Below, piece by piece: positions 26,710 through 37,059 of a stretch of 64,000 nt of DNA. This DNA is from a virus: positions 48,913 through 112,912 of the IMG/VR virus record IMGVR_UViG_2868238732_000001; one strand, written 5' to 3'. A program made the translations under genes and the position numbers. Numbering within the stretch: position 1 is the first letter of the stretch; every line of letters starts with the position of its first letter. The notes beneath the pieces were generated by a model. The model was not told the origin of the DNA and searched no databases. It saw nothing but the letters and a program-made list of their open reading frames with translations.

Positions 26710-26931
26710 ATGAGTAAACGAGATAACCCAAATTTAATATTGATGACATATTGTAATGTGAATTTACAGTGTGATGATGAGAAACTACAAATGAGATATA
26801 GAAGAACAGAGGAAAAGGCTTATGGAGTGTGGTTCTGTAATGGAAATAACACTGGGCTGCAAGTAATTGAATTAATTAAAATGCTACGAGAAAAATACAG
26901 CAGTATAAAAGTTATCTGGAAAAAGCAATAG
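26710..26931 (+). CDS. Hypothetical protein
   Basis: ORF coupled to the upstream gene. Confidence 0.7.
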   Translation: MSKRDNPNLILMTYCNVNLQCDDEKLQMRYRRTEEKAYGVWFCNGNNTGLQVIELIKMLREKYSSIKVIWKKQ

Positions 26932-26989
26932 TGATTCCATATCTTAAAATGCTGATTTTAGAATAATGGAAAATTAACGTAATTTTAAG

Positions 26990-27018
26990 TTGACTTCATG
27001 AAGTCATGAGGTTATAAT
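26990..27018 (+). promoter_or_regulatory. Promoter overlapped by a perfect 16-bp palindrome (TGACTTCATGAAGTCA)
   Basis: TTGACT-17bp-TATAAT; the palindrome is at 26991-27006. Confidence 0.7.
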
Positions 27019-27049
27019 AAAGTCATAAAATTAATAAATACGAAGTGAG

Positions 27050-27673
27050 GTGAGGAATATTAGCGATTATTCTTACAAATACATACTTGAACTTAGTCTT
27101 GCTTTCCCTAATACAATGGCTCCATTAGATTTTGAATCAGAAGATGTTGAAAGGGACATATACAAAGCACAAACTCTTTTTAATTCTAGGTTTGAAGGAA
27201 GAAAGGAAATAAATGTTGATAAGATTATTGGTCAAAATTTATACTTAGAACTGCTAATTTCATTTATTCCTAAGAATGCTACTCGAGAAATTAGTGTGTT
27301 CAGTCAGATATTAGTACAAGATTTTGATTTTGATAAGTATAGTTCAAAACCAGGTAGGTTGTTTAAATCAGAAGTAATAGAGTATCCGGAAGGCGTAGAC
27401 AAAAAGAATGATTATTCTATCTCTGTGCCAGAAGGTATTGTTTCCCAGGTTGCTGAAAAAATAATGAGAGATTATGATCACGAGTACCCAATTAACAAAA
27501 TACCACTAAGAAATTCACAGTTAAATACAAAATCGAGTGTGTTTATTGAGATGAGCAATGAGATACTTGCTACTGACAATATAGATGAATTGGACAACCA
27601 TATTAAACAGCTTGAGAATTTACTTCTGCTAGCAAAAACAAAGAAAAATCTTATAATTATAAATAATTTATAG
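27050..27673 (+). CDS. Hypothetical moron-like protein with its own promoter
   Basis: 207-aa ORF with GTG start. Confidence 0.75.
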   Translation: MRNISDYSYKYILELSLAFPNTMAPLDFESEDVERDIYKAQTLFNSRFEGRKEINVDKIIGQNLYLELLISFIPKNATREISVFSQILVQDFDFDKYSSKPGRLFKSEVIEYPEGVDKKNDYSISVPEGIVSQVAEKIMRDYDHEYPINKIPLRNSQLNTKSSVFIEMSNEILATDNIDELDNHIKQLENLLLLAKTKKNLIIINNL

Positions 27674-27724
27674 TTTAAAATAAACAACATTTAAATAAAA
27701 GAGTGAGGGGGGGCATTAATAATT

Positions 27725-27973
27725 ATGGAAAAGGAAATTTATATGTTAGATATCGAAGGAACTAACGAGGATATAGTATTAAACAGCAATACAGAATCTG
27801 AAAAAGAAAAATCTGCTGAAACACTAAATAATGTATTATGGCATGTAGATGCTGGTGATGAGCCTACAATAGTAAATATAGGTGGATACTACATAACATC
27901 TAGGCGCAATGCGGCAGATTACACAGAAATGTATGGTTGGATTTTCTCAAAAATTTTAGTTGCTGAAATGTGA
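27725..27973 (+). CDS. Hypothetical protein, paralog of 37683-37925
   Basis: Shared LDIEGT...IVLN and Y.E.YGWIFS blocks. Confidence 0.8.
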   Translation: MEKEIYMLDIEGTNEDIVLNSNTESEKEKSAETLNNVLWHVDAGDEPTIVNIGGYYITSRRNAADYTEMYGWIFSKILVAEM

Positions 27974-28120
27974 TTATTAGATTCATGTACAGGCTATGTT
28001 TTAAAGAGTAGCTTATATATAGAACTAAGTTTATAGTGACAGTATTGTGTATGTAGATATATTTTTTTAATTACCATTGCCATATATCTTATAGGTTATA
28101 AATTAGAAGGAGGGGTACAA

Positions 28121-29464
28121 ATGAAAGCTTTAGCAATAGGTTCATTCTATGAACATGATTCTGTAGAAACTGATTATTTTAGATCATCAAAGTCTTTTCT
28201 GGACTATGATATTATATTAATTAATTTTGATAGCATATTAAATGAATATAAAACAACGTCCAGTAAAACATACCGCGGTAAAAAATGCTTAAATGATGAC
28301 GACTCGGTTAAAATTAAAGAGGATATTAAAAGACGAAAGGTTGAAATACTTGAATTGTTAAAAATGGGGAGAAATGTAATCGTATATTTACCCGAACCAC
28401 AAATATGTTTTGCAGATACTGGGAACAGAGAATACTCTGGTACAGGTAGAAATAGGCAAACAACAAGGATAATAGATGCTGTAGACTTATTGTCAGTATT
28501 ACCAATAAAAGTAAATGCGATTGAAGCTCAAGGTGAAAGCATAGACTTTAAAGGTGATGCCCAATTTGCTGAATTTTGGAAGCAAAATAAAAAACATTTA
28601 TGTTATAACGCTTATTTTAATGAACCAATTGGCAAACCAATATTTTATATAAAAGGAACAAATAAAGTTGTAGGCTCTTATCTCAAAGTTGAGAACGGAA
28701 ACTTAATCTTTATTCCGTCATATTACGATGACAAAGAAGATGAAAAGACTGAAAAGATATTCTTTCAATCATTATTTAAATTAGTTGAAGAACTAAAAAA
28801 AGAAACAGGTGATTTTGAACTGCCAAGTTGGAGTAAGGACTATATGCTACCCGAAGAATTGACAATAATAAATAATATTAATAAATTTAAAAATGATATT
28901 AATAAGATTGAAACTAAAATAAGTAAGCAAAAAGAAATTATTGCAGCATTAGAAGAGCACAAGGTATTGTTTACAGGTACAGGAAGAGCGCTTGAGGTAG
29001 CTACTGCAAATATTTTTCAAGAGTTAGGATTTGAAGTAACTGAAGGATTGCCAGGAAGAGATGACCTGATTCTAAAGTATAATTCAAAAGTAGCTGTTGT
29101 GGAAGTAAAAGGAGTCACTAAAAGCGCTGCAGAAAAGCATGCTGCTCAATTAGAAAAATGGGTAAGCGAGTATTATGCTAATTTTGAAATAAGACCTAAA
29201 GGGATTCTAATAGTTAATACTTTTAAGGACGTTCAATTAAAAGATCGCACAGAAGATGATTTCCCTTCTCAGATGATAGGTTATTGCAAAAACAGAGAGC
29301 ATTGCCTAATAACTGGAATGCAATTGTTATGTATTTATTTTATGTTAAAAAGCTACCCAGAAAAAAAAGAAGAAGTTATAGAAGAGATGTTTAATACTTG
29401 TGGAGTTTACGAGAAATACCTTGATTGGTCTAATATTATAAGCAATACCCAAGAGAAATTATAG
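28121..29464 (+). CDS. Coiled-coil plus C-terminal PD-(D/E)xK restriction-endonuclease-like protein
   Basis: LEVATANIFQELGFEV...PGRDDLIL...VVEVKG...QL..W; AGGAGG RBS. Confidence 0.65.
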   Translation: MKALAIGSFYEHDSVETDYFRSSKSFLDYDIILINFDSILNEYKTTSSKTYRGKKCLNDDDSVKIKEDIKRRKVEILELLKMGRNVIVYLPEPQICFADTGNREYSGTGRNRQTTRIIDAVDLLSVLPIKVNAIEAQGESIDFKGDAQFAEFWKQNKKHLCYNAYFNEPIGKPIFYIKGTNKVVGSYLKVENGNLIFIPSYYDDKEDEKTEKIFFQSLFKLVEELKKETGDFELPSWSKDYMLPEELTIINNINKFKNDINKIETKISKQKEIIAALEEHKVLFTGTGRALEVATANIFQELGFEVTEGLPGRDDLILKYNSKVAVVEVKGVTKSAAEKHAAQLEKWVSEYYANFEIRPKGILIVNTFKDVQLKDRTEDDFPSQMIGYCKNREHCLITGMQLLCIYFMLKSYPEKKEEVIEEMFNTCGVYEKYLDWSNIISNTQEKL

Positions 29465-29847
29465 TAAATAAGATAAAATAAGTTTATGTAAAAATTCATT
29501 ATGCTATTTTTAAAGTAAATATTCCCAAACCTTTTAAAAAACTAATATGGGGTTGGGAATATAAAATTTAGCTATTTACAATTAAACAATAATAATATAT
29601 TATAGTAACCAAGAACAAATATTTTTTAAAGTTAACAACGGAACAATAATGTTATAAGGCGGTGATAAGTTGCAGCTTACTAAGATTAGATCATTAAAAG
29701 TTTGGCTATACGAATATGAGAGTATTCAAGAAAAAGAGGAACATAAAAATAATATGCTTCTTGCCAAGTTTTTAATTGAGAAGGAATCAGAGCTATCAGT
29801 TGAATATAGCCAGGTAGTAAAAGAAAGCGAATAGGAGTGATGTTAAA

Positions 29848-30315
29848 ATGAAAATAGTTATAGATGAGTTAGAGTTAAGAAAGCCATGCGAGAAAGTTAA
29901 ACTATTTGAGATGAAGGGTATTGTAGAATCATTTCCTAACTTAGTTAAAACTATGAAAATAAATAATGGTGTTGGATTATCAAGTTGTCAAGTAGGGATA
30001 CATAAAACCTTCTTCATAGCACAGATAAGCAGCATTACGAAATTGTTTATTAATCCTAAAATTATAAAGTATAGCGAAGAAAAGTATGTTGAGGAAGAAG
30101 GATGTTTAAGTTTTCCAGGGGTCTATAAAAATATAAAAAGAAGCAATCATATTACAATTCAATACTTTGATTATAAAACTAAGAAAATAATCAAAGAGGA
30201 TTACTCAAATTTTTCAGCAAGGGTAATACAACATGAGTACGACCATTTGCAAGGTATTTGCTGCATACTGGACAAAGCAATAGAAGAGGAGGGAACTATT
30301 AATGAAAAAATTTAA
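29848..30315 (+). CDS. def: Peptide deformylase
   Basis: GVGLSSCQVG, EEGCLSFPG, QHEYDHLQG. Confidence 0.93.
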   Translation: MKIVIDELELRKPCEKVKLFEMKGIVESFPNLVKTMKINNGVGLSSCQVGIHKTFFIAQISSITKLFINPKIIKYSEEKYVEEEGCLSFPGVYKNIKRSNHITIQYFDYKTKKIIKEDYSNFSARVIQHEYDHLQGICCILDKAIEEEGTINEKI

Positions 30316-30616
30316 TTGTACAGTAACCAGGATAGACGAATATGAGATCGAAATAGATGAAAATATTATGACAGAGGAGTGGATGGCTGATTACAGGAAA
30401 ACGTTTAGTAATGTTAAAACTCTAAGGGAACATGCAAAGCTTATAGCTCAAGAAAAAGCTAGAGGAACGGTGTTTATTGAAGGTTACGGAGTTCCAATGG
30501 TGGACAACGAATTTCAATATTACATGAATAAAAAATCTACTGAGAATATAGGAATTAACATTGTATCTCTTTCAGAAGATGAGGATTGTGAAGTTGACTG
30601 TATAGAAATAGTCTAA
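30302..30616 (+). CDS. Hypothetical protein
   Basis: GAGGAGGG RBS. Confidence 0.8.
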   Translation: MKKFNCTVTRIDEYEIEIDENIMTEEWMADYRKTFSNVKTLREHAKLIAQEKARGTVFIEGYGVPMVDNEFQYYMNKKSTENIGINIVSLSEDEDCEVDCIEIV

Positions 30617-30648
30617 CGAATTTATAAATTAATGAGGAGGGTATATAG

Positions 30649-30837
30649 ATGGATACAACAAATAAACATATAGGGAATGTTCTTTCAAAAATGTCAGATG
30701 AGGATATAAAAGAAGTTCTTGAGCAATATATTCAAAAATGTGGACTCAGCATAGAATTAATGAGCGCATACTTCCAAAAGGTATTAATATGTGACGGGTT
30801 TGACTATGAAGGAAATATGAAGAAAGTGGAGGACTAA
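30649..30837 (+). CDS. Hypothetical protein
   Basis: GAGGAGG RBS. Confidence 0.75.
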   Translation: MDTTNKHIGNVLSKMSDEDIKEVLEQYIQKCGLSIELMSAYFQKVLICDGFDYEGNMKKVED

Positions 30838-30841
30838 TAAG

Positions 30842-31150
30842 ATGGAAACAAATTATAAAATAAGTGATAATGGTAAACCAAAAGTTAGTTTCAGTAAGGA
30901 GTTCAAAAGTTTAGCCCAATTTGATAGGGTAACTGGTGCCACATTTAAAATTGGAAAGGAAACATTATTTATTTCAGAGTCGAAAGTAAACAGTCATAGA
31001 GAATCAGTAGAGAGAAGTTTTCATATCTCGTTAAGGCAAGATGGAGTAGGCAGGAATATAGGAGAATACAGCCTATCACAAATGCAATTTAACAAAGAAG
31101 AACTGTTAATTGTAAGAGATAATATTAATAAGTTAATAGAACAGGACTAA
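30842..31150 (+). CDS. Hypothetical protein
   Basis: GGAGG RBS. Confidence 0.75.
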   Translation: METNYKISDNGKPKVSFSKEFKSLAQFDRVTGATFKIGKETLFISESKVNSHRESVERSFHISLRQDGVGRNIGEYSLSQMQFNKEELLIVRDNINKLIEQD

Positions 31151-31231
31151 AGAATAGTATATTAAAACACGGATTTTAAATGACAAATTAAATATTATGG
31201 GCAGTGACCTAACCACTAAAGGAGATTAATT

Positions 31232-31450
31232 ATGGAAGAGTTATCAACAATATTAAACCAAGTAGTAGAACAAACAAAGACATCAGGAAATGCAATAGGT
31301 GAGGCTATGAAGATTCCTTGGAATGAAGCTAAGAAACACATGACTTGGTATCAAATTAAAAGAGTAGAAACAAAATGTTTCTTTAGCCGTATTTGGTTTA
31401 AAGTATTAAAGAAAACAAAGTATAGGAAATTATTCGCAGCAATTAATTAG
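31232..31450 (+). CDS. Hypothetical protein
   Basis: AAAGGAG RBS. Confidence 0.75.
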   Translation: MEELSTILNQVVEQTKTSGNAIGEAMKIPWNEAKKHMTWYQIKRVETKCFFSRIWFKVLKKTKYRKLFAAIN

Positions 31451-31608
31451 TACTGATTGTAAATAAAGGAGGGAATATGAGTAAAATTGAATTTCAAAAT
31501 GGAAGTATAATAGAGACGGTAGAATCTTCAGGTGAAAGTGTAAGAGGTAAAGTAAGAGGCTATGCTTGGACTGATGAGAAAGAAACAAGATTTGAGGGAG
31601 GAATTATT

Positions 31609-32928
31609 ATGAATTCAGTAATACAAATAGTAAAAGAATTAGAGGAAACTTCATCAACAAATAGCAAACAAGATATATTAAAAAGAGAAGCTGGTAACGA
31701 ATTGTTTACAAAGGTTTTATATTGTACATTTTCAGACCATTTGATGTATGGGTTTAGCGAAAAGAAATTGAGAGAATTGTTGTCACAAGGCAATATAGTC
31801 AAAGAGCTCAGAGGGCTAATAGGAGATGACATGAACGAAAGCAAAACTTGGAGTGATGTATTTGAGATGTTAGAGGAATTATCTGTATCAAATATAAATA
31901 GTGACCTTAGAGACAGGACTATATTGTTCTTGTTAAGTCAAACAGAAGAAATCAGAGAATTATATATTAAAATGCTTACTAAGGATCTAAGATGCAGTAT
32001 ATCTGCAAAGGGTATAAACAAGGCAATTAAAGGTTTGATTAAAGTATGGGATATACAGCAAGCCTATTCCATTGATAAGGTAAAACTAAAGAAAAGTGAA
32101 TGGATTGCATTATCTTTAAAGTTAAATGGTATTCGCAGTACATTAATGAATGAAGAGTTTAAGTCAAGGCAGAATAAGCCCATGAATGGATTAGACCATG
32201 TTTTGGAAGATTTAAAGCAGTTAAATGTTATTGATAATTTTGTTATAGATGGTGAAATGGTAAGAAAAAATATTGATAATGTTCCCGACAATGAAAACTT
32301 TAGACTTACTGCAAGTATATTGAACTCAGATAGTGGTGACAAATCACAAATAGAATATGTAGTATTTGATATTGTACCTAAAGAGGAATTTGTAAAAGGA
32401 GAAAGCAAGTTAGGATTTAAGGATAGATTAGATCAGTTAAATCGTCTAAAAGAACTAATTGCTACACTAGGGTTGAAAAATATAAGAATAGCTCCAACAT
32501 ATTATACTGGCACAGACCATTCAATGATAGAAACTTTATTGACTAAGGTTGATTCAGAAGGGTATGAAGGTCTGATGTGCATTAGGGATATGCCTTATAA
32601 AGCAAAACGTAATAATGGGATTCTAAAATGCAAAGTTTTTAAAACCTGTGATATTAAAATAGTAGGTTTTGAAGAGGGAGATGGTAGGTTAAAAGGAACG
32701 TTGGGAGCTGTGGTAGTACAATATAAGGATAACGTTGTAAATGTAGGGTCAGGATATACAGATGCAGAGAGGAAGGACATTTGGGAGAACAAAGACACTC
32801 TGTTAGGAAGGATTGTAGAGGTAAAATTCAAAGAGGAATCTATGGATAAAGGTACAGGGTTAGTTAGTTTACAATTTCCCACATTCGTATGTTTGAGAGA
32901 GACAGGTAAGGAGGTTAGTTACAATTAA
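31609..32928 (+). CDS. lig: ATP-dependent DNA ligase (in-frame upstream start at 31477 also possible)
   Basis: KLNGIR (motif I), VIDGEMV (III), YVVFD (IIIa), EGLM (IV), LKCK (V), GSGYTD, QFPTF. Confidence 0.92.
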   Translation: MNSVIQIVKELEETSSTNSKQDILKREAGNELFTKVLYCTFSDHLMYGFSEKKLRELLSQGNIVKELRGLIGDDMNESKTWSDVFEMLEELSVSNINSDLRDRTILFLLSQTEEIRELYIKMLTKDLRCSISAKGINKAIKGLIKVWDIQQAYSIDKVKLKKSEWIALSLKLNGIRSTLMNEEFKSRQNKPMNGLDHVLEDLKQLNVIDNFVIDGEMVRKNIDNVPDNENFRLTASILNSDSGDKSQIEYVVFDIVPKEEFVKGESKLGFKDRLDQLNRLKELIATLGLKNIRIAPTYYTGTDHSMIETLLTKVDSEGYEGLMCIRDMPYKAKRNNGILKCKVFKTCDIKIVGFEEGDGRLKGTLGAVVVQYKDNVVNVGSGYTDAERKDIWENKDTLLGRIVEVKFKEESMDKGTGLVSLQFPTFVCLRETGKEVSYN

Positions 32929-33210
32929 ATAATAATATCTTAAATGTCATATTTTATATTACAGAATTGAATAAAAAGCGAAGGAGGTAAAGTATATATA
33001 TGAAAAATAAAATAAACATTACTCAAATGGCTAATATAGTTGCAAATGAAGCTGGATTATTACATTGCACAATAGAAAATGCGTGGAATGGTATAAATAA
33101 AAATATAACTGAACATTTTGATTTTGAAGAAGTAAAATCTTTAATTGAAAATTTTAATTCGTAATTCAAAAGAAGATGATTTAAAATGAGAGATTTAAGA
33201 GGAGGTAATT

Positions 33211-33429
33211 ATGTTAGAAATATGTGTTTATATTGGAGAAGATTATGTTGGCAGTATTGAAAGTCCTGTAGTACCCCGTAAGTCTGAATCTATGCTATAT
33301 AAAGGTAAATGCTATACTATCAAAGATGTAATTTATTCAACTAAAAAAACAGGCAATCTAATGCCCAGAGTATCTACGATAGGGATTGAATTAGGTGGAG
33401 TAATAGAGAGTAGGAGGAATGACTTATAG
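33211..33429 (+). CDS. Hypothetical protein
   Basis: GAGGAGG RBS. Confidence 0.75.
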   Translation: MLEICVYIGEDYVGSIESPVVPRKSESMLYKGKCYTIKDVIYSTKKTGNLMPRVSTIGIELGGVIESRRNDL

Positions 33430-33602
33430 AGTATTTATATAATTGTCCCGAGCACGGAGAGTTCATTGTAGAGAGAAGAATAACAGATTTAACTGTAACC
33501 GTCTGTAAGGTTCCAGGATGCCAGTGTAAAGTAGAACAGGTATTTATTAAGGCGAATGTAGATCTGAGCTTTAATGGTAGCTATAACTCAACAAGGAAGT
33601 AA
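33426..33602 (+). CDS. FmdB-like zinc-ribbon small protein with a probable non-canonical ATA start
   Basis: Frame reads IEYLYNCPEHGEF...CKVPGCQCKVEQVF...FNGS. AGGAGG lies 8 nt before the ATA and there is no in-frame ATG/GTG/TTG. Confidence 0.55.
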   Translation: MEYLYNCPEHGEFIVERRITDLTVTVCKVPGCQCKVEQVFIKANVDLSFNGSYNSTRK

Positions 33603-33649
33603 AAACGTATCGAGATATGAGAATATTATGAAGAAAGGAAGCGATTAAA

Positions 33650-33874
33650 TTGATAATAAGAAATATAAAAACTGATATAAATTTAATAGAAATTGCAAAA
33701 GTAGATGCTACTGTACAAACAGAAGATATTGCAGAATATTACTTGCTAAAGTCAGAAGAGTTTAAAAATATGTTGAAAAAAGTAGTATCAGCTTTAGATG
33801 ATATTACAGAAGAAGAAAATTGTGGAATTTATGACGATTTAATTAAAAATGCACGAGAACTAATTTATAAATAA
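33650..33874 (+). CDS. Hypothetical protein
   Basis: TTG start with AAAGGAAG RBS. Confidence 0.7.
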   Translation: MIIRNIKTDINLIEIAKVDATVQTEDIAEYYLLKSEEFKNMLKKVVSALDDITEEENCGIYDDLIKNARELIYK

Positions 33875-34317
33875 ATTCGCTATTCAAATATATGATAAAG
33901 GAGGCCTCTATGTTAGAATCAGATATTCAATCTTATATGGATCAGTTTAATGTAGATAGGAAAGCAGCTATAGAAGGAATCGAAGAATATTACGCTGCCG
34001 AGGACAGAAAAATGTATGAGACCCAGCAAGATTTAATAAGAAGCACACATTAAAATCTAAGTTTTAAAGGAGGGAATAGTATGGTAGTATTCTATACAAA
34101 TATAATAAACAAGATTGCGTCCGGAACAAAGCACGGCTATTCAAGAAAGAGCCTTGTAAAATTAGATGAATGGCTTAAAAACGATATCCGGACTAACGCG
34201 CAAATAGATAAAGAAAAGAAATTCTAAATTCTTTAAAATACTTATTGACAATAAAACAGTAACGTAGTAATATATAAATATCGAAGCAATAAAACAGTAA
34301 CGAGGAGGAATATATTA

Positions 34318-37059
34318 ATGAAAATCGAAATGGGTACAAGTTACAGAGTAGTTAAGAACAGAGAAAGCAAGTTTGGTTGGTGCAAGGACATAATAGGCAT
34401 CGAAGGTAAAATTGTTACAGTGATAAGAAATGCTTATTCTCCAGAAAGTTATAAGATTAAGGATGAATTTGGTAAAACTTATGTGTGTCAGCCTTGTAAT
34501 TTGGAAGCGATTAAAGGATTAAAAAAAGTATTAAGAGATAGAGACACTGAGTATGGTACAGTTGGGGAAGAGTCTCCTTTTAAAGATGTAGATGGAACCA
34601 AATTGTATGTTGGTGATGTGGTAGAAAAAAATAAAAATGGTATGAGCGGAGGAAAGGGATTCATTGTAAAAACAGATGATTATGGATTCTTTGTAATGGG
34701 GATACAGTGTCGTTGTAAACCAATTACTGGAGAAATTGAAGCTTGGGAAGTTAAACTTGTTAAAGAATATGAGTCATTAAAGACTGGAGATAAATACGGT
34801 AGCATAACTGTTATTGAAGTTGAAGAAGAAATTGCATCTACAGATTCTAAGCCGTCAGAACAACTAAAGGATAATATTAAGGAGGATGGTATTGTGGTAA
34901 AAGATTTAAAAATTGGAGATAAAGTAAAGGTTGCTAACAAATCAAAAATTCTCGATATTGTTGGAAACGTGGATGTAGGAGATACTGCAATTATAGAAAA
35001 TATAGAGAAGGCTAATTCATATAAAATTAGAATGGATAAAGATAATAATTACTGGTATGCAAAAGCTGAAGAGTTAGAATTAATTGCAGACAATCCTAAA
35101 TTTGAAATTATTACTACCGGCACAACTACTACAGTAAAGATTGAAGATGGTAGACAAGGCGTAGCCAAGTTGTATTACAAGGATACGTATAGCAAAGGGT
35201 TTGGAATTGTAGCTGCTCTAGGTAAAGCAATGGATATAGATTTAGTAGGAGAAGTTCAGAAAGTTGTTGGGAGTTATGGGTTGACTAGTAAAAAAATATC
35301 TTCTGCTAAGGACATAGTTAACAAAACAGAAGTAGTCAGAGCCGCTGAAAATTTTAAAGTTGGTGATATTATTAAAGGTATTGATGATAAATATTATGTA
35401 ACCAATAAGAAAATGACAAAGGGTGAAGTAGTAAAGTATTTGCCAGGAGGAAGTATAAAAGTCAAAGTGTTAGAGCATAAAGAGATTGACTGGGTAGGAG
35501 AAGAATATATTGTAGAACCAGAATACTTTGAATTGGTCGAAGCTTCTTCAGTTAAATTTGAAGTAGGCTGCAAGGTAAAGATTCCTACAACTAAGCAAGG
35601 TGAAATTGGTAGAACTTCAGCCGTTATGAATATAGCCAAAAGAAGGGATCAAGACCATCTGTTTTTAGTAAGAATAGATAAAGAATATTGTAGTGGAAAA
35701 GACATTTACGTACTCAGCGAAGATATTGATGGAATAGGAGATTTCTTTCACTTAGAGGATTTAGAACTATATACAGAAGCTCCTTCTCTTAAAAAGCCAA
35801 TTTTAAAAGAGGGAAAGGCTTGTATTCTTACAATAGCTGATTTTAAAATCGGAGACAAAGTTGTCCCTCATGCAAAAACAGCAAGGGGTTACGAAGGACA
35901 TTTTGAAAAAGAAAGCAATTGGAAAGAGGCTAAAAAACTAGGACAACCATACTTATATGTTACAACTAAATACAGAACTCCTGTAGGTGAACAAGTTTTA
36001 AAACTTAATTCTAGTAAGAATGGATATAGCGGAAATTACTACTTACCAACGGATGTTACACTTTATAATAAAGAAAAAAAAGAAGTCGTTAAGGCAGAAG
36101 AACCATTGATTCTCAAAGTAGGAGACTCAATAAAAATTAGAACAGATTTAGTTCCAGGTAATTCGTATGATGGCGGGTGTTATTTTGATGAAGAAATGAA
36201 TGGCTTTGCAGGGAAAGAGGCTAAAATCGTTGCATTAAGAAGAGGTAATCCTAATAGATTTGAAATAGACGTAGATAATGATGAATGGTCATGGAGCCCT
36301 AGTATGTTAGAAAAAGTTAAAGAAAAGGCTGAGGATGAAGTCACAGTGACCGTAGCAGAAGTAGAATTTAAAAAAGGGGATTATATCTACTATAAAGAAA
36401 CAAGCTCTGGAAAGTTTGGTATATGTAAAATTAATAAAATAAAAGATCAAGAATTATGGGGATGTTGGACAACAAATTATGTTGAAGAATTACCAAAAAC
36501 AATAAAAGAATTTGAGTCACTTAAAGTAAACTCAAGAGAAACATATGTTAATGCAAGAAAAGGAAACGCTTATAAAAAACTTGTTTTAGTAGATGATAGT
36601 GAGCCTGAGTTTAAAATTGGAGATGAAGTTACTAGAGATGAGGCAATTAAAATACTTGAAGATGGTGGAGAAATCAAAGATTATGAGGGCTGGATTTACT
36701 TTATAGAAGATAGTATTTTAAAATATAAAATATTAACAGGAGAGATTAAGAAAAGTTCAGGGTATGGTGGTGGATCTAATTTACATGGAACATTAAAAAT
36801 AGAATCTTTTTCAAAACTTGAACCATCTATAATTAAAGAAGATGTTATTCCAGCTCAATTTGTAACTGTACAAGCTATAGATAATTTCCAGGCAAAGAAA
36901 ATGGTTAAAGAAGGAAAGGAAATCATAGTAAATAATATTTTCAAATATTTCTTAGAAGATGATGTATTAATGTTCAGAAGTATTAAAACGGGTATGCTGC
37001 ACGAAAGTCTTGGATTCAAGGAAGCTTTTAAAGAAGGATTTGTTTATTCAGCGTTATAA
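34318..37059 (+). CDS. 913-aa mosaic protein of repeated SH3/KOW-like beta modules
   Basis: Recurrent (F/L)K(V/I)GD.V motifs (LKIGDKVKV, FKVGDIIKG, FEVGCKVKI, FKIGDKVV, LKVGDSIKI, FKKGDYI, FKIGDEV) and a YopX-like segment FKDVDGTKLYVGDVV. Confidence 0.75.
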   Translation: MKIEMGTSYRVVKNRESKFGWCKDIIGIEGKIVTVIRNAYSPESYKIKDEFGKTYVCQPCNLEAIKGLKKVLRDRDTEYGTVGEESPFKDVDGTKLYVGDVVEKNKNGMSGGKGFIVKTDDYGFFVMGIQCRCKPITGEIEAWEVKLVKEYESLKTGDKYGSITVIEVEEEIASTDSKPSEQLKDNIKEDGIVVKDLKIGDKVKVANKSKILDIVGNVDVGDTAIIENIEKANSYKIRMDKDNNYWYAKAEELELIADNPKFEIITTGTTTTVKIEDGRQGVAKLYYKDTYSKGFGIVAALGKAMDIDLVGEVQKVVGSYGLTSKKISSAKDIVNKTEVVRAAENFKVGDIIKGIDDKYYVTNKKMTKGEVVKYLPGGSIKVKVLEHKEIDWVGEEYIVEPEYFELVEASSVKFEVGCKVKIPTTKQGEIGRTSAVMNIAKRRDQDHLFLVRIDKEYCSGKDIYVLSEDIDGIGDFFHLEDLELYTEAPSLKKPILKEGKACILTIADFKIGDKVVPHAKTARGYEGHFEKESNWKEAKKLGQPYLYVTTKYRTPVGEQVLKLNSSKNGYSGNYYLPTDVTLYNKEKKEVVKAEEPLILKVGDSIKIRTDLVPGNSYDGGCYFDEEMNGFAGKEAKIVALRRGNPNRFEIDVDNDEWSWSPSMLEKVKEKAEDEVTVTVAEVEFKKGDYIYYKETSSGKFGICKINKIKDQELWGCWTTNYVEELPKTIKEFESLKVNSRETYVNARKGNAYKKLVLVDDSEPEFKIGDEVTRDEAIKILEDGGEIKDYEGWIYFIEDSILKYKILTGEIKKSSGYGGGSNLHGTLKIESFSKLEPSIIKEDVIPAQFVTVQAIDNFQAKKMVKEGKEIIVNNIFKYFLEDDVLMFRSIKTGMLHESLGFKEAFKEGFVYSAL

